DNA of 32,610 nt from Candidatus Anstonellaceae archaeon (lineage in GTDB: Archaea > Micrarchaeota > Micrarchaeia > Anstonellales > Anstonellaceae): NCBI GenBank assembly GCA_046295675.1, contig JBKBMW010000001.1, positions 1 through 32,610 on the forward strand, given 5' to 3'. The notes beneath the pieces are model-generated. The model was not told the origin of the DNA, ran no database searches, and saw only the letters and a list, made by a program, of their open reading frames with translations. Position 1 is the stretch's first letter. Every line of letters begins with the position of its first letter. The translations under genes and the position numbers were made by a program. Shown one piece after another: positions 31,960-32,610 of the stretch.

Positions 31960-32610
31960 ATGATCTATAAAAAGTTGGGGGCTAAATTTCTTCTTTTGTT
32001 TTTTGTATCTTTTACTATCATCTTTGCTCAATCACAAAACCCAGCTTGTCAAAATCCTCCCCTGTCTTCATTTTTAAAAATGTATTATGAACATGATATA
32101 AAATCAGATCAAACAAAGCTTTATCTAACCCTATATGGAAAAACTCAGCCTGACCAAAATAATTTAGGTAATGCTTTTGTTGAACCTTATCAACCTCTCA
32201 AGTATGGTTATATCCTAATAAGCCAAAAAGAAGAATTATCTCAACAGCAATCTCAACAAGAAACATCTTGCTATGTTGTAACTAACGAAAGTGGGCAAGC
32301 AACTGTTTTTCTTAATTCTCAGCCTGGTTTTTGTTATGTTATTTCTGCTAAATTCATTCCTGATTATTCAAAGATTTCTTCCAACCCTTCATGTCAATCC
32401 TTTATTTCTAATAACCCTTCTATTCATAAAGAATATCTACCCTCATTAAATCAACTAAAGTATTGTGTGCCTGGAGAAAAAAAACAAACAACTACTGTGT
32501 GCTGGTTTAGTACTATAATAGCAGGGCTGATTTTCGCAGCTACTTTTATTATGGGAAGAAATCCACTACTTTTTTTTGATTTAGGAGTCTCCCGATCTCT
32601 CCCTTCAAAA
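31960..32610 (+). CDS. hypothetical secreted / C-terminally membrane-anchored Cys-containing protein (partial, runs off the window)
   Basis: Absent from the ORF track because it has no stop. My manual translation from the ATG at 31960 gives MIYKKLGAKFLLLFFVSFTIIFAQSQNPACQNPP..., a signal peptide. Later comes ...TTTVCWFSTIIAGLIFAATFIMG, a TM segment. The frame stays open for 217 codons to the window end. Confidence 0.5.
   Translation, partial: MIYKKLGAKFLLLFFVSFTIIFAQSQNPACQNPPLSSFLKMYYEHDIKSDQTKLYLTLYGKTQPDQNNLGNAFVEPYQPLKYGYILISQKEELSQQQSQQETSCYVVTNESGQATVFLNSQPGFCYVISAKFIPDYSKISSNPSCQSFISNNPSIHKEYLPSLNQLKYCVPGEKKQTTTVCWFSTIIAGLIFAATFIMGRNPLLFFDLGVSRSLPSK

Overview
This is a gene-dense, visibly AT-rich (about one-third G+C by eye) archaeal chromosome segment using the standard code; TGA, TAA and TAG all act as stops. 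GGTGA/GGAGG-type Shine-Dalgarno motifs precede most operon-internal genes. Most of the content is archaeal information-processing and cell-biology core. On the + strand these are ftsZ1-secE-spt5/nusG, cysS, a histone, a helicase-only Hef, radA and a sub-threshold Sec61-beta ORF. On the - strand lie an EndA-family tRNA splicing endonuclease paralog and an NFACT-N protein. Also on the - strand, a second FtsZ paralog is followed co-directionally by a P2-type cation ATPase. A 12-gene minus-strand run holds the conserved archaeal proteasome/exosome superoperon: psmA, SBDS, rrp4, rrp41, rrp42, L37ae, rpoP (sub-threshold ORF), Brix, a Pcc1-like gene and prefoldin beta. That run is extended here by a DHH/DHHA1 phosphoesterase and a two-OB-fold RPA-like protein. 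The one clear RNA gene is an intron-containing tRNA-His(GUG) with an encoded G-1 and a textbook bulge-helix-bulge splice motif. The main accessory feature, and my best candidate for something undescribed, is a seven-gene locus (12.9-17.9 kb). All seven proteins start with class III (type IV prepilin-like) signal peptides but have otherwise unrecognisable, Cys- and sequon-rich mature domains, including a 619-aa giant. No assembly ATPase, platform protein or prepilin peptidase lies in the window. Several conserved proteins occur in minimal forms: a helicase-only Hef with a C-terminal PIP box, NFACT-N only, NMD3 N-domain only, an EndA lacking the catalytic His and Lys, and a zinc-less L37ae. Together with the AT-richness, this suggests a reduced DPANN-type archaeon (inference). 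I found no CRISPR array, transposase, integrase or rRNA.
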